Source: Pseudolabrys sp.
GTDB lineage: Bacteria > Pseudomonadota > Alphaproteobacteria > Rhizobiales > Xanthobacteraceae
Assembly: GCA_035765795.1 (NCBI GenBank)
Contig: DASTWX010000238.1
Coordinates: 4,635-68,634, forward strand
Reading direction: 5' to 3'
DNA: 64,000 nucleotides
Each line of letters begins with the position of its first letter. Position 1 is the stretch's first letter. This document shows positions 37,607-45,705 of the stretch, one piece after another. The notes under the pieces were generated by a model that saw nothing but the letters and a program-made list of their open reading frames with translations, had not been told where the DNA came from and ran no database searches. Made by a program: the position numbers and the translations under genes.

Positions 37607-38215
37607 GGGCGGCGCTCGCTTGACGAGCCGGACATATCGATGGAGTGAGCGCGGGTGTCCCGGCACCGGCCGGAAGCAAAGGCCTTGCATGAATCGCAGG
37701 CCATCTTCGGTGGCAGGTGTCGCGAAGACGTCCGACAACTCATACGGGCATTGCTGCACGCGCGCGATAACCTGCGCGATGCCTTCGGACGCCACCGAAG
37801 CGCCCAGCACCGCCCAGACGTAGATGGCACTCGGGCGCGTTCCATAGGGGGCGAGCAGCGAGGCTGGCGGCTCGGCGAAGTCGCATTTATTGGCGAGCAG
37901 CGCGGACAGGCCGACCCTGTTGAGCATGAGCATGGCAAAGCCGCCGACGATCCGGCCGCGCCGGCGGAATACCCAAACGCTGTCTGGATTGTCGCAGGCA
38001 ATCCGCGCCACAACGTCCTCACGCGCGAGAGCGACGCCCATGGCTACTTTTGCGTTCTCGAGCAAAACGGAAATATCTTCGCTGCGAGCGTGACTTGCCT
38101 CTACACGGCGCCGCACCGGAGGTGCGACCAAATCGAACTCTTTGCCCGGCCGAGCGCTACGTTGCGCGGCAAAGGAATTCGCGTCAGGGCTGTATCCCTC
38201 CGCAGTGGAGAGCAT
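37592..38215 (-). CDS. Hypothetical protein, possible degenerate GNAT fold
   Basis: ATG at 38215. Beta/alpha pattern VWVFRR.GRIVGGFAML, AIYVWAV, ATPATEDGLRFMQGLCF resembles GNAT motifs A and B. Fold call is inference. Confidence 0.65.
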   Translation of the reverse strand: MLSTAEGYSPDANSFAAQRSARPGKEFDLVAPPVRRRVEASHARSEDISVLLENAKVAMGVALAREDVVARIACDNPDSVWVFRRRGRIVGGFAMLMLNRVGLSALLANKCDFAEPPASLLAPYGTRPSAIYVWAVLGASVASEGIAQVIARVQQCPYELSDVFATPATEDGLRFMQGLCFRPVPGHPRSLHRYVRLVKRAPPSGHG

Positions 38216-38277
38216 AATGATTCCTAGGCAACATGCGAAAGTGTAGTAATTTTGTAGTCTGAATCGGGGCTTTTGAT

Positions 38278-39414
38278 ATGAGCAAGATTTCGCAACGGCC
38301 TGTTGCAAAAACGGATCAGCCGATCGGCGCAACACTGGTCGACCGGATTTCCTGGGACGACCTCAAGCTGTTCATCGCAGTGGCGCGCACGCTCAGCTTC
38401 CGGAGGGCGGCGACATCGACGCGCATCAGCTCCTCGACGCTCGTGCGTCGCATCGAACGACTGGAAGACGAATTGGGATTACGCCTGTTCGACCGCTTGC
38501 CGGACGGCGTTGGCCTGACCGCCGAAGGACAATCGATTTATTCGGTCGCTCAGGAGATGGAGCGCGCGAGCCACTCATTGCGCGCCTATCTCGATCAGGA
38601 TCTGACGACCCGCGGCGTGGTCCGCTGCGCGATCACCGAAGGCCTCGGGACCTTTTGGATCCTGCCGCATCTCGCCGAGTTTACCCGCGGAAACCCTTTT
38701 ACGATTGTTGACCTGCGGGCGTCGATGGAATCCGCCGATGTGCTGCGCATGCAGGCCGACGCCGCCATTCAACTCATCCGGCCGGACCATGCCGACCTCA
38801 AAGTCCTGCGCCTCGGCCGACTCCATATTTATCCCTTCGCCTCCCGCCGCTATGCCGATACCTATGGGCTGCCCCGTAGCGTCGAGGAGATGAAACGTCA
38901 TCGGCTTGTCGATCAGACGGCGCCGCAACTCGACGAGGGGGCTTGGCCGCGACTGCTCGGCCTCGACAATGTCGAGGGTATCGTGTCCCTGCGCACCAAC
39001 GCGAGCACAGCGCATTTCTATGCCGTCGAGCAGGGCATCGGCATCGGAGGCCTGCCGACCTACGCCGCCGCCCTGGGCGCCGACGTGGTGCCGGTCGACA
39101 TCGGCATCAAGCACCAGACGGATATCTGGCTGACGTACCACCCGCATGCCAAAACTGTTAAGCGCGTATCGATTTTCATCGACTGGGTGCGCTCGCTGTT
39201 CGACGCCAAGCGCTATCCCTGGTTCCGCGACGAATTCATTCACCCCCGCGACCTGGCCAAGGCCGATACGCCGGCACGCTCCGACCGCGCTACGCGCCGC
39301 TATGTGGCGACCAGCCCGAAGAACGGCGCTGTCGCGTCGATCGACCCGCCGCAACCGGCTGACGAAACATCTCGGCCCATTCGACTGAATGGGCGGTCGG
39401 CGGCGAATGGCTGA
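38278..39414 (+). CDS. LysR family transcriptional regulator with C-terminal extension
   Basis: SWDDLKLF...SFRRAA...SST..RRIERLEDELGLRLFDR HTH, TEGLGTFW, ADAAI, and DIWLTYHP. Confidence 0.93.
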   Translation: MSKISQRPVAKTDQPIGATLVDRISWDDLKLFIAVARTLSFRRAATSTRISSSTLVRRIERLEDELGLRLFDRLPDGVGLTAEGQSIYSVAQEMERASHSLRAYLDQDLTTRGVVRCAITEGLGTFWILPHLAEFTRGNPFTIVDLRASMESADVLRMQADAAIQLIRPDHADLKVLRLGRLHIYPFASRRYADTYGLPRSVEEMKRHRLVDQTAPQLDEGAWPRLLGLDNVEGIVSLRTNASTAHFYAVEQGIGIGGLPTYAAALGADVVPVDIGIKHQTDIWLTYHPHAKTVKRVSIFIDWVRSLFDAKRYPWFRDEFIHPRDLAKADTPARSDRATRRYVATSPKNGAVASIDPPQPADETSRPIRLNGRSAANG

Positions 39415-39444
39415 GAGCGCTCTCTGAAGCATCGCATAAGGCGA

Positions 39445-39521
39445 TGGCGGTCCCGACAGGAGTCGAACCTGTGACCTTCGGTTTAGGAAACCGCTGCTCT
39501 ATCCTGCTGAGCTACGGGACC
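39445..39521 (-). tRNA. tRNA-Arg (anticodon CCT), CCA encoded
   Basis: Reverse strand reads GGTCCCG TA GCTC AGCAGGATA GAGC A GCGGT TTCCTAA ACCGA AGGTC ACAGG TTCGACT CCTGT CGGGACC GCCA, a 77-nt cloverleaf. Confidence 0.97.
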
Positions 39522-39708
39522 GGTCGGGTTGCTGTAGCATAGCTCAATCACCGGCGCATCTATCAGTATATCGCCCTCTGCCCGCGCCTGACGGCGGAAG
39601 TTTCGTCTGCCGTTGACGTTCAGCGGAGGGTAGGGCGAAAAGGCCGCCAAATCCCGCGGACAGCAATCACGACCCGTATTCTCGCTCGCCACTCACTTAC
39701 TCGCGGAA

Positions 39709-40323
39709 TCAGAGCGGCTTGATCTGGACTTTGCGGAATTTGATAGCTCCGGCTCCGTGCTGGAGCGCGATCGAGCCTTCGTCGAACATTCCGTTGCGTA
39801 ACTGAGCCGTCTTCTGTCCGTTGAGCACGACCGTGATGTCACGTCCGTTGGCGGTGATCTCGAACGTGTTCCATTTCGCGCCGGCCTTCGGCATGGGATT
39901 GACCTCGACATAGCGGGTAATCGCACCGGTGCCGTAGCTCGGATCCGGACGCTGATCGAAAATATTCGCCTCATAGCAAGTGCGGTCGGTGATCTTCTTG
40001 GAATCGAGGCAGCGGAAATAGATGCCGCTGTTGGCGTCGTCACTGGGCCAGAATTCGACACGCAGAATGAAATTCTTGTATGGTTTCTTGCTCACCAGAT
40101 AACCAGCTTCTTTGCCTGCCATCTTGTCGGCGAGCACGGCGCCATCCGCAAGACGCCAATTGGATTGGCCGACCTGGTCCCACTGGTCGAGATTGGTGCC
40201 GTCGAACAACGTAATCCATCCGGATTCTCCGCGGTCAGACTGCGACAGCGCCGGGCTTGCGATGAAGCCGCAAGCAACGAGCGCGACGGCAAATTGCATG
40301 AAACGCACTGAACTTGATTTCAT
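39709..40323 (-). CDS. DUF1080 (3-keto-disaccharide hydrolase-like) exported protein
   Basis: Signal peptide, GWITLFDGTNL, NF.LRVEF, ANSGIYFR, YEANI, WNTFEI, G.IALQH, and FRKVQIKPL. Confidence 0.85.
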   Translation of the reverse strand: MKSSSVRFMQFAVALVACGFIASPALSQSDRGESGWITLFDGTNLDQWDQVGQSNWRLADGAVLADKMAGKEAGYLVSKKPYKNFILRVEFWPSDDANSGIYFRCLDSKKITDRTCYEANIFDQRPDPSYGTGAITRYVEVNPMPKAGAKWNTFEITANGRDITVVLNGQKTAQLRNGMFDEGSIALQHGAGAIKFRKVQIKPL

Positions 40324-40510
40324 ATGTGTTTCCCTTCATTGCCGATTGCTGTGGTTGGTGACGGAAGCGCGTCGATCATAGATTTATTGGCAGCAAAGCG
40401 GCAATGCGAAGGTGACCGGTTATGGCGAGCACGCATCGAAAGTTATTAAAAATTAACCCACCCCTCACGCGAACCCAAGTGCGAGAGCCAATCAGATCAA
40501 CACGGTAAGG

Positions 40511-40540
40511 CGCTGCTCTATCCTGCCGGGCTGCGGGGCG
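40511..40540 (-). pseudogene. Degenerate copy of the 5' half of tRNA-Arg
   Basis: 25/30 identity to 39492-39521, including the exact 16-mer CGCTGCTCTATCCTGC, in the same orientation. No anticodon arm or T-arm follows. Confidence 0.55.
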
Positions 40541-40626
40541 TTGTTCGCGCGCTTAGCACCGTGACGACTGCAGCACGTTCGTTTGCTTGCTGCCGGAAAC
40601 CAAGCCGTTTGAGGATGCCACGACGC

Positions 40627-40655
40627 AAACGGGCGCGGAATAAGCTCCGCGCCCG
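40627..40655 (-). terminator. Possible terminator downstream of the Met/His-rich protein gene
   Basis: CGGGCGCGGA-6nt-TCCGCGCCCG 10-bp stem with a short GTTT tail on the minus strand. Confidence 0.45.
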
Positions 40656-40689
40656 CCTATACTCGCCTATATGTACTGCGCCGGGTGCT

Positions 40690-41289
40690 TCAGGTCCGGT
40701 TGTTGAACGGCGGCGGGCCGCCATTTTGAGGACCTGACCCGTTGTTGCCCTGATTGCCGGTGCCGTTGCTGCCGCCCGGGGGTGGGGGGCTGTTCGGCGG
40801 CGGGGGCGGCGCTTTAGGCGGGGGCGGCGGATTGGCGCCGGGTCCCGTCGGATGCTCCCCGCCCATGGTGGCTACTTTGTCGATCAACTTGCTCGCAGCG
40901 TTTACGCAAGCCGCCACGTTCTCGTCTGCCGGGCAGCGGATATCGATCGTGGCATCGCCGCGCTTGAAATGAAACCGCGCGCCTCGCGCGCGCGCCCCCA
41001 TCATTCCCATCATGCCCATGCGGCGACCCATCATACCCATGTGATGGTGACGCCACATGTCCCCATGGTCCCACCGTCCTCCCTTCATGTCTTGATCCTC
41101 ATGGTCCGACCCCCAGTCGCGGTCGCGGTCCCACTGGTTGCGTGGGTGAGCCGCATTTATATCCGGGCCAGACTCGGAACTATTCCCGGCGTGATCGCCG
41201 GAAGAATCATAAGGCTGCGCGAACGTCGGTTGCACGGAACCGACGACCGCGGCGAGTGCCGTCGCTAAAACAATCGAAGCGATTTTCAT
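40690..41289 (-). CDS. Exported hypothetical protein with His/Met-rich and Pro-rich segments
   Basis: Signal peptide ending TFA, HHHMGMMGRRMGMMGMMG, compact GARFHFKRG..IDIRCP......CV domain, and a polyproline tail. Confidence 0.8.
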   Translation of the reverse strand: MKIASIVLATALAAVVGSVQPTFAQPYDSSGDHAGNSSESGPDINAAHPRNQWDRDRDWGSDHEDQDMKGGRWDHGDMWRHHHMGMMGRRMGMMGMMGARARGARFHFKRGDATIDIRCPADENVAACVNAASKLIDKVATMGGEHPTGPGANPPPPPKAPPPPPNSPPPPGGSNGTGNQGNNGSGPQNGGPPPFNNRT

Positions 41290-41322
41290 GGCTGTGCTCT
41301 CGGTTGTCGCCCCGGAAAGCGC

Positions 41323-41347
41323 AACGCGCGCGTCGCTATGGCGTTCC
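41323..41347 (-). promoter_or_regulatory. Putative sigma-EcfG promoter for 40690-41289
   Basis: Minus strand has exact GGAAC-N16-CGTT (plus strand AACG 41323-41326, GTTCC 41343-41347), 34 nt from the ATG. Confidence 0.7.
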
Positions 41348-41427
41348 GAGGCGGTTCAAGGTGCGAACCGGCGTAAGCGGCAGCGACGCCCAAACGCGCC
41401 GGAAAGCCATTACTTTTGCGACACATC

Positions 41428-41453
41428 GGAACGGGCTTCGCCGGCCCCGCGTT
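41428..41453 (+). promoter_or_regulatory. Putative sigma-EcfG promoter for the PRC-barrel gene
   Basis: GGAAC (41428-41432)-N17-CGTT (41450-41453). Confidence 0.62.
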
Positions 41454-41557
41454 GACCTTTCGATCGCGCGCGCCGGGAACAGCGCACGCACTGCTCGCTC
41501 GAAGCGGCGAGCCGCACGACAGCAAACACAACCGGTTTCAGACGTCGAGAGGTGGCG

Positions 41558-42838
41558 ATGAAGGATTGTACGCGAGCTATTTGGATGAAGGATGTCACGC
41601 TAGCGGCGGCAGTCGTCGTGTTTGGCGCGATGCCGGCCAGCTACGTTCTGGCCGCGCCGTCTGTGCCCAACCAGCAACAAACCCAAAATCAGCCCACGAC
41701 GCCGCAACAGCAAGCGCAACAGACCGCCCGGATTCCGCTTCTGCCGGCGTCCGACATTGTCGGGCGCCCCGTAGTGGATTTGAACGGCACGAATGCTGGA
41801 CGCGTCAACTCGATGGTCATCGACACGAAGAACGGCGTGGTCGAATACGTGCTGATCGAAGGCCGCGGTGATTTCGATCTGAACGGTCAACTCATTGCGG
41901 CGCCATGGTCGATCATACAACAACCGCGCGGCAAGGGCGCCATCGGCCTTAAAGTAGATCGCAAGCAACTGGACAAGGCGCCGCGCATTTCGAGCGCCGA
42001 ACTCAATCGCCTCGGCACGGCGGGGTGGCGAACGCGCGTATATGGCTACTACGGCCGTCCCTATCCGTATTACGGGAGCGCCGCCTGGTACGGTTATCCC
42101 CCCGCGCCTATCACCGCGAACGGGCAAGACGCTTCGCTGCGGAACGGCATGACCGGACAAACCAACGGCTCACGAGGTGGAAACGCTCCGGCAAACGCCG
42201 CTGCGGCCAATGGTGCGGCTCGTGCGCCGAACAGTGCAAATGCAACTGCATCCAACGGCGCCCGAGCGGCGAACAACAACAATGCGAGCAAAACCGGAAA
42301 CAATCAGCAGCAGGGGAACGGGCAGCAGGAGAACGGGGGGAACGGATTGTCGGTCAACAACAACGGGGTCATCTCGGCTCTGATGCATGGCTCGACGGTT
42401 GCGCCAAACCAAGTCCAGTCTGCCCCTATCTACGGCCAAAACGGCACTCAACTGGGGCAAATCGACCAGTTATTGATCGACACGCGGACGGGCCACGTCG
42501 CTTATGCACTGGTCCGGCGCGGCGGCTTTCTCGGGCTCAACCCGACTTGGTTTGCCGTACCCGTCGAAGCGCTCTCGTGGCAGTCAAACCTTCCCGGCGG
42601 CAATGGGTATGCCAACGGGGGCGGGGTCGGCTACGGCAACGCAGGCGGACGACGGCTCGTCGTGAATGAGCAGAAACTCCAGAGCGTTCCCTCGGTACCC
42701 GTCAATCAGGCGCACCTGACGACCTACGCTCCTCGGCAGGATCTCGCTCGGCTTTATCAGCACTTCGGCATCAAGCCCTATTGGACTCGGAACGGGAATC
42801 AGTCGAACGCATCAACAACGGGGCAGAACGCGCACTGA
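41558..42838 (+). CDS. Exported double PRC-barrel protein with Asn/Gly/Gln-rich linker
   Basis: Two PRC-like repeats (ASDIVGRPVVDLNG...VNSMVID...VEYVLI and IYGQNG..LGQIDQLLID...VAYALV..GGFLG). GAGAGG RBS. Confidence 0.85.
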   Translation: MKDCTRAIWMKDVTLAAAVVVFGAMPASYVLAAPSVPNQQQTQNQPTTPQQQAQQTARIPLLPASDIVGRPVVDLNGTNAGRVNSMVIDTKNGVVEYVLIEGRGDFDLNGQLIAAPWSIIQQPRGKGAIGLKVDRKQLDKAPRISSAELNRLGTAGWRTRVYGYYGRPYPYYGSAAWYGYPPAPITANGQDASLRNGMTGQTNGSRGGNAPANAAAANGAARAPNSANATASNGARAANNNNASKTGNNQQQGNGQQENGGNGLSVNNNGVISALMHGSTVAPNQVQSAPIYGQNGTQLGQIDQLLIDTRTGHVAYALVRRGGFLGLNPTWFAVPVEALSWQSNLPGGNGYANGGGVGYGNAGGRRLVVNEQKLQSVPSVPVNQAHLTTYAPRQDLARLYQHFGIKPYWTRNGNQSNASTTGQNAH

Positions 42839-42879
42839 GTCCACGCGTGACACCCACGAATGAATGAGAGGTATGTGTC

Positions 42880-43353
42880 ATGACCTATCCAAACACTGAA
42901 CCGGTTGAACCGGTCCGCTACCGCTGGCAAGACCCTGCAAACATGGTGCTCGCGGTTTGGCTTTTCATTTCACCCTGGGTTCTGCAGTTCGGCAGCAACG
43001 CGAGCACCGCGCAACCGGCGAGCGGAGCCGCCGCGGTGAATGCAGTCAGCAACGCTGCCTGGAATGCATGGGTGCTCGCCGTGATCGTGTTCCTCGTCGC
43101 GCTGTCGGCACTCGGGAGCTTTGCTCGTTACGCGCGCGGGCAGGAATGGATCAATCTCCTGCTCGGCATCTGGATTTTCGTGGCGCCGTGGGCGCTCGGA
43201 TTCGCCTACGGTCCGTTTCCGGCAGCGTCGTGGGATCACTGGATCGTCGGCGCGCTGATCTTCCTCGTCTCAGTCAGCGGTCTGTCGATGCTCCAGCGCA
43301 CGCCGGCGCCAGGCCTTCGTCGCGATTACGATCACGAGCCGCAAAGGCGCTAG
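42880..43353 (+). CDS. SPW-repeat integral membrane protein
   Basis: Two repeats, N..LAVWLFISPWVLQF and NLLLGIWIFVAPWALGF. GAGAGG RBS. Confidence 0.88.
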   Translation: MTYPNTEPVEPVRYRWQDPANMVLAVWLFISPWVLQFGSNASTAQPASGAAAVNAVSNAAWNAWVLAVIVFLVALSALGSFARYARGQEWINLLLGIWIFVAPWALGFAYGPFPAASWDHWIVGALIFLVSVSGLSMLQRTPAPGLRRDYDHEPQRR

Positions 43354-43377
43354 CGAGCGAAAGCCGACTGGCGCAAC

Positions 43378-43413
43378 GAACCCGCCGCCTCGAAGAAGCG
43401 GCGGGTTCTTCTC
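43378..43413 (+). terminator. Intrinsic terminator after the SPW gene
   Basis: GAACCCGCCGC-9nt-GCGGCGGGTTC stem followed by TTCTC. Confidence 0.6.
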
Positions 43414-43462
43414 GTCTGCCCCGGGCAATTGACGACGGCATGCTCATCTTTACAAATCGGAC

Positions 43463-44215
43463 ATGGTTTGCCGGCGCCTGACGATTGCCCTCGCTCTGCT
43501 CGTCGTGATGACCGTGGCAACGCGTGCAGCTTGTACGCTCTCGCCGATCGGCTCCGCGACCGTCGCGGCGGTGCACGATGGCCGCACGTTGCAACTTACG
43601 GACGGTCGCGAACTGCGCCTTGCCGCCGTCGAAGCCGACCCGTCAGGCCGCGCGATGCTTGAACGGCTGGCCGGCGGACAAGCGGTGCGGCTGATGCGGC
43701 TTGGCCCGGAGATCGATCGCTACGGCCGACTCTACGCCTTTGCCACGACTGCCGGACGGACGGAAACACTGCAAGCCGAATTGCTCAAGGCCGGCGCGGC
43801 GCGCGTCTCCGCCCGCGTCGGCGATTGGAACTGCGCCAAGACCCTGCTAGAAATCGAAAAAGCCGCCCGCGCGGCCCACCGCGGCCTGTGGGCTCGCGCG
43901 GATTTCTCTCCCTTGGCCGCCACGGACTTGCCCAGGATTCGCGCGAAAATAGGCCATTTTGTCCTCGTTCAAGGCAAGGTCTTGTCCGTGCATCAGAGCG
44001 GCGGCACTATCTACCTGAACTTCGGGCGACACTGGACGCGGGACTTCTCAACCGTCATTCTGCGCCGCAATAAGCGGCTGTTCGCCGACGTGGATCTCGA
44101 GCCACAGCGGCTGCAAGGGCGCCGCATCCGTGTGCGCGGATGGGTGGAACTGCGCCGCGGCCCAGTTATCGAGGCAGCGTGGCCTGAACAGATCGAACTC
44201 GCCGACGGCAATTGA
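43463..44215 (+). CDS. Thermonuclease (SNase)-like exported protein with C-terminal OB-fold
   Basis: V.DG.TLQL.DG.ELRL, DRYGR, LLKAGAA, E.AAR....GLW, followed by a beta-rich C-terminal domain. Confidence 0.82.
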   Translation: MVCRRLTIALALLVVMTVATRAACTLSPIGSATVAAVHDGRTLQLTDGRELRLAAVEADPSGRAMLERLAGGQAVRLMRLGPEIDRYGRLYAFATTAGRTETLQAELLKAGAARVSARVGDWNCAKTLLEIEKAARAAHRGLWARADFSPLAATDLPRIRAKIGHFVLVQGKVLSVHQSGGTIYLNFGRHWTRDFSTVILRRNKRLFADVDLEPQRLQGRRIRVRGWVELRRGPVIEAAWPEQIELADGN

Positions 44216-45705
44216 AGCGGACGAAGAAATTGGTGGCTGGAACGTTGATCTCGGCAATTGGAGGCAAGGCGCGCAAACTTGCGCTTCTGCTGGCGCTGCC
44301 GCTGCTCGCCGGGTGCGCCGCAGTGCCCGGCAACAGCAGGGTTTCCCTCTCGCTGCCGTCGATCGAGCATGCCCCCCGCGACACCATGTCGGCGGCGGAA
44401 CGGCGCGAGCATCTACGTATCCTCGCCTCCTATGGCGGCCAATATCACGATCCGCGCCTGCAAAAGCTGGTCGAACAGACCATGGATCGCCTCGAGGCGG
44501 CGTCGAAGCGGCCGGATCAAAAATATCAGATTACATTGCTCAACTCGCCGGCCATCAATGCGTTTGCTCTGCCCAATGGGCATCTCTATGTCACCCGCGG
44601 CCTGCTGGCGTTGGCCAACGATCAGTCCGAGCTCGCCTCGGTGCTGGCGCACGAAATGGGTCACGTGATCGCGCGGCATGCGCAGATTCGCGAAGAGAAA
44701 GCACGGCAAACTGCGCTCATTAGCCATGTCGTCAGCGATGTGCTCGACGACCCGCAGGTGGGTGCCCTGGCGCTTGCCAAATCCAAACTGGCGCTAGCCA
44801 GTTTCTCGCGTGCGCAAGAATTCGAAGCTGACGGCATTGGCATCGGTATCTCCGCGCGGGCCGGCTTCGATCCCTATGGCGCCGCGCGCTTCTTGACCGA
44901 CATGCAGCGCAACGTCGACGTCAAGGCAGCGGAACACGCGGGCACCCATGCCATCGATTTTCTCTCCGACCATCCTTCGACACCCGATCGCGTGCGCAAG
45001 GCGCTGATTGATGCGCGCCAATTCAGCGCTCCCGGTGTCGGAAGGCGCGATAAGGCGGCATATCTGGATGAGCTCGACGGTATGGTTTACGGCGAGGACC
45101 CGAGCGAAGGCTTCGCCCGCGGCCGCCGTTTCTTGCATCCCAAACTCGGCTTCACTTTCCTCGCTCCGCCGGATTTTACGCTCGACAACACGGCACAGGC
45201 GGTGCTCGGCCTCAAGAACGGCGGCGATCAAGCCATGCGGCTCGATGTCGTCAACGTGCCGGCGGATCAATCGCTGACCGATTATCTCAAATCGGGCTGG
45301 ATCGAGAACGTCGAGCCGGGTAGCGCCCAAACGATGAAAGTCAACGGATTTCCCGCTGCCACCGCGCTCGCCAAGAGCAAGGATTGGTCATTTCGCTTGT
45401 TTGCCCTGCGTTACGGCAGCGACGTTTATCGTTTCATCTTCGCAGCCAAGAATTTGACTCCCGCCGTTGATCGCTCGTTCATGGCGGCGATCGAAACGTT
45501 CCGGCGCATGAGTCTGAAGGAAGCAGAGCAAGTACGGCCGCTGCGGCTGAAGATCGTCACGGTGCGCCCGGGAGACACGGTTCGGTCGCTCGCCCGCCGC
45601 ATGGCAATCCCCACGCTCCGCGTTGAGCGCTTCCGCGTGCTCAATGGCCTGTCGTCGACAGCAAGCCTGACGCCGGGCCAAAAAGTAAAGATCGTGGTGG
45701 AGTAA
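44212..45705 (+). CDS. M48-family metalloprotease lipoprotein with C-terminal LysM-like domain
   Basis: Lipobox LAGC, NAFALPNG, HEMGH zinc motif, SRAQEFEAD, FLSDHP, and C-terminal VRPGDTV.SLA. TTGA overlap with the upstream gene. Confidence 0.9.
   Translation: MKRTKKLVAGTLISAIGGKARKLALLLALPLLAGCAAVPGNSRVSLSLPSIEHAPRDTMSAAERREHLRILASYGGQYHDPRLQKLVEQTMDRLEAASKRPDQKYQITLLNSPAINAFALPNGHLYVTRGLLALANDQSELASVLAHEMGHVIARHAQIREEKARQTALISHVVSDVLDDPQVGALALAKSKLALASFSRAQEFEADGIGIGISARAGFDPYGAARFLTDMQRNVDVKAAEHAGTHAIDFLSDHPSTPDRVRKALIDARQFSAPGVGRRDKAAYLDELDGMVYGEDPSEGFARGRRFLHPKLGFTFLAPPDFTLDNTAQAVLGLKNGGDQAMRLDVVNVPADQSLTDYLKSGWIENVEPGSAQTMKVNGFPAATALAKSKDWSFRLFALRYGSDVYRFIFAAKNLTPAVDRSFMAAIETFRRMSLKEAEQVRPLRLKIVTVRPGDTVRSLARRMAIPTLRVERFRVLNGLSSTASLTPGQKVKIVVE

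Noticed and set aside
35639-39444. LysR cassette as a genomic island integrated at the tRNA-Arg 3' end
   Set aside because: I saw no integrase and no direct repeat of the tRNA 3' end by eye. A formal repeat search is still needed.
40442-40457. CtrA-like box GTTA-N7-TTAAC
   Set aside because: The first half-site deviates from TTAA and there is no plausible cell-cycle target adjacent.
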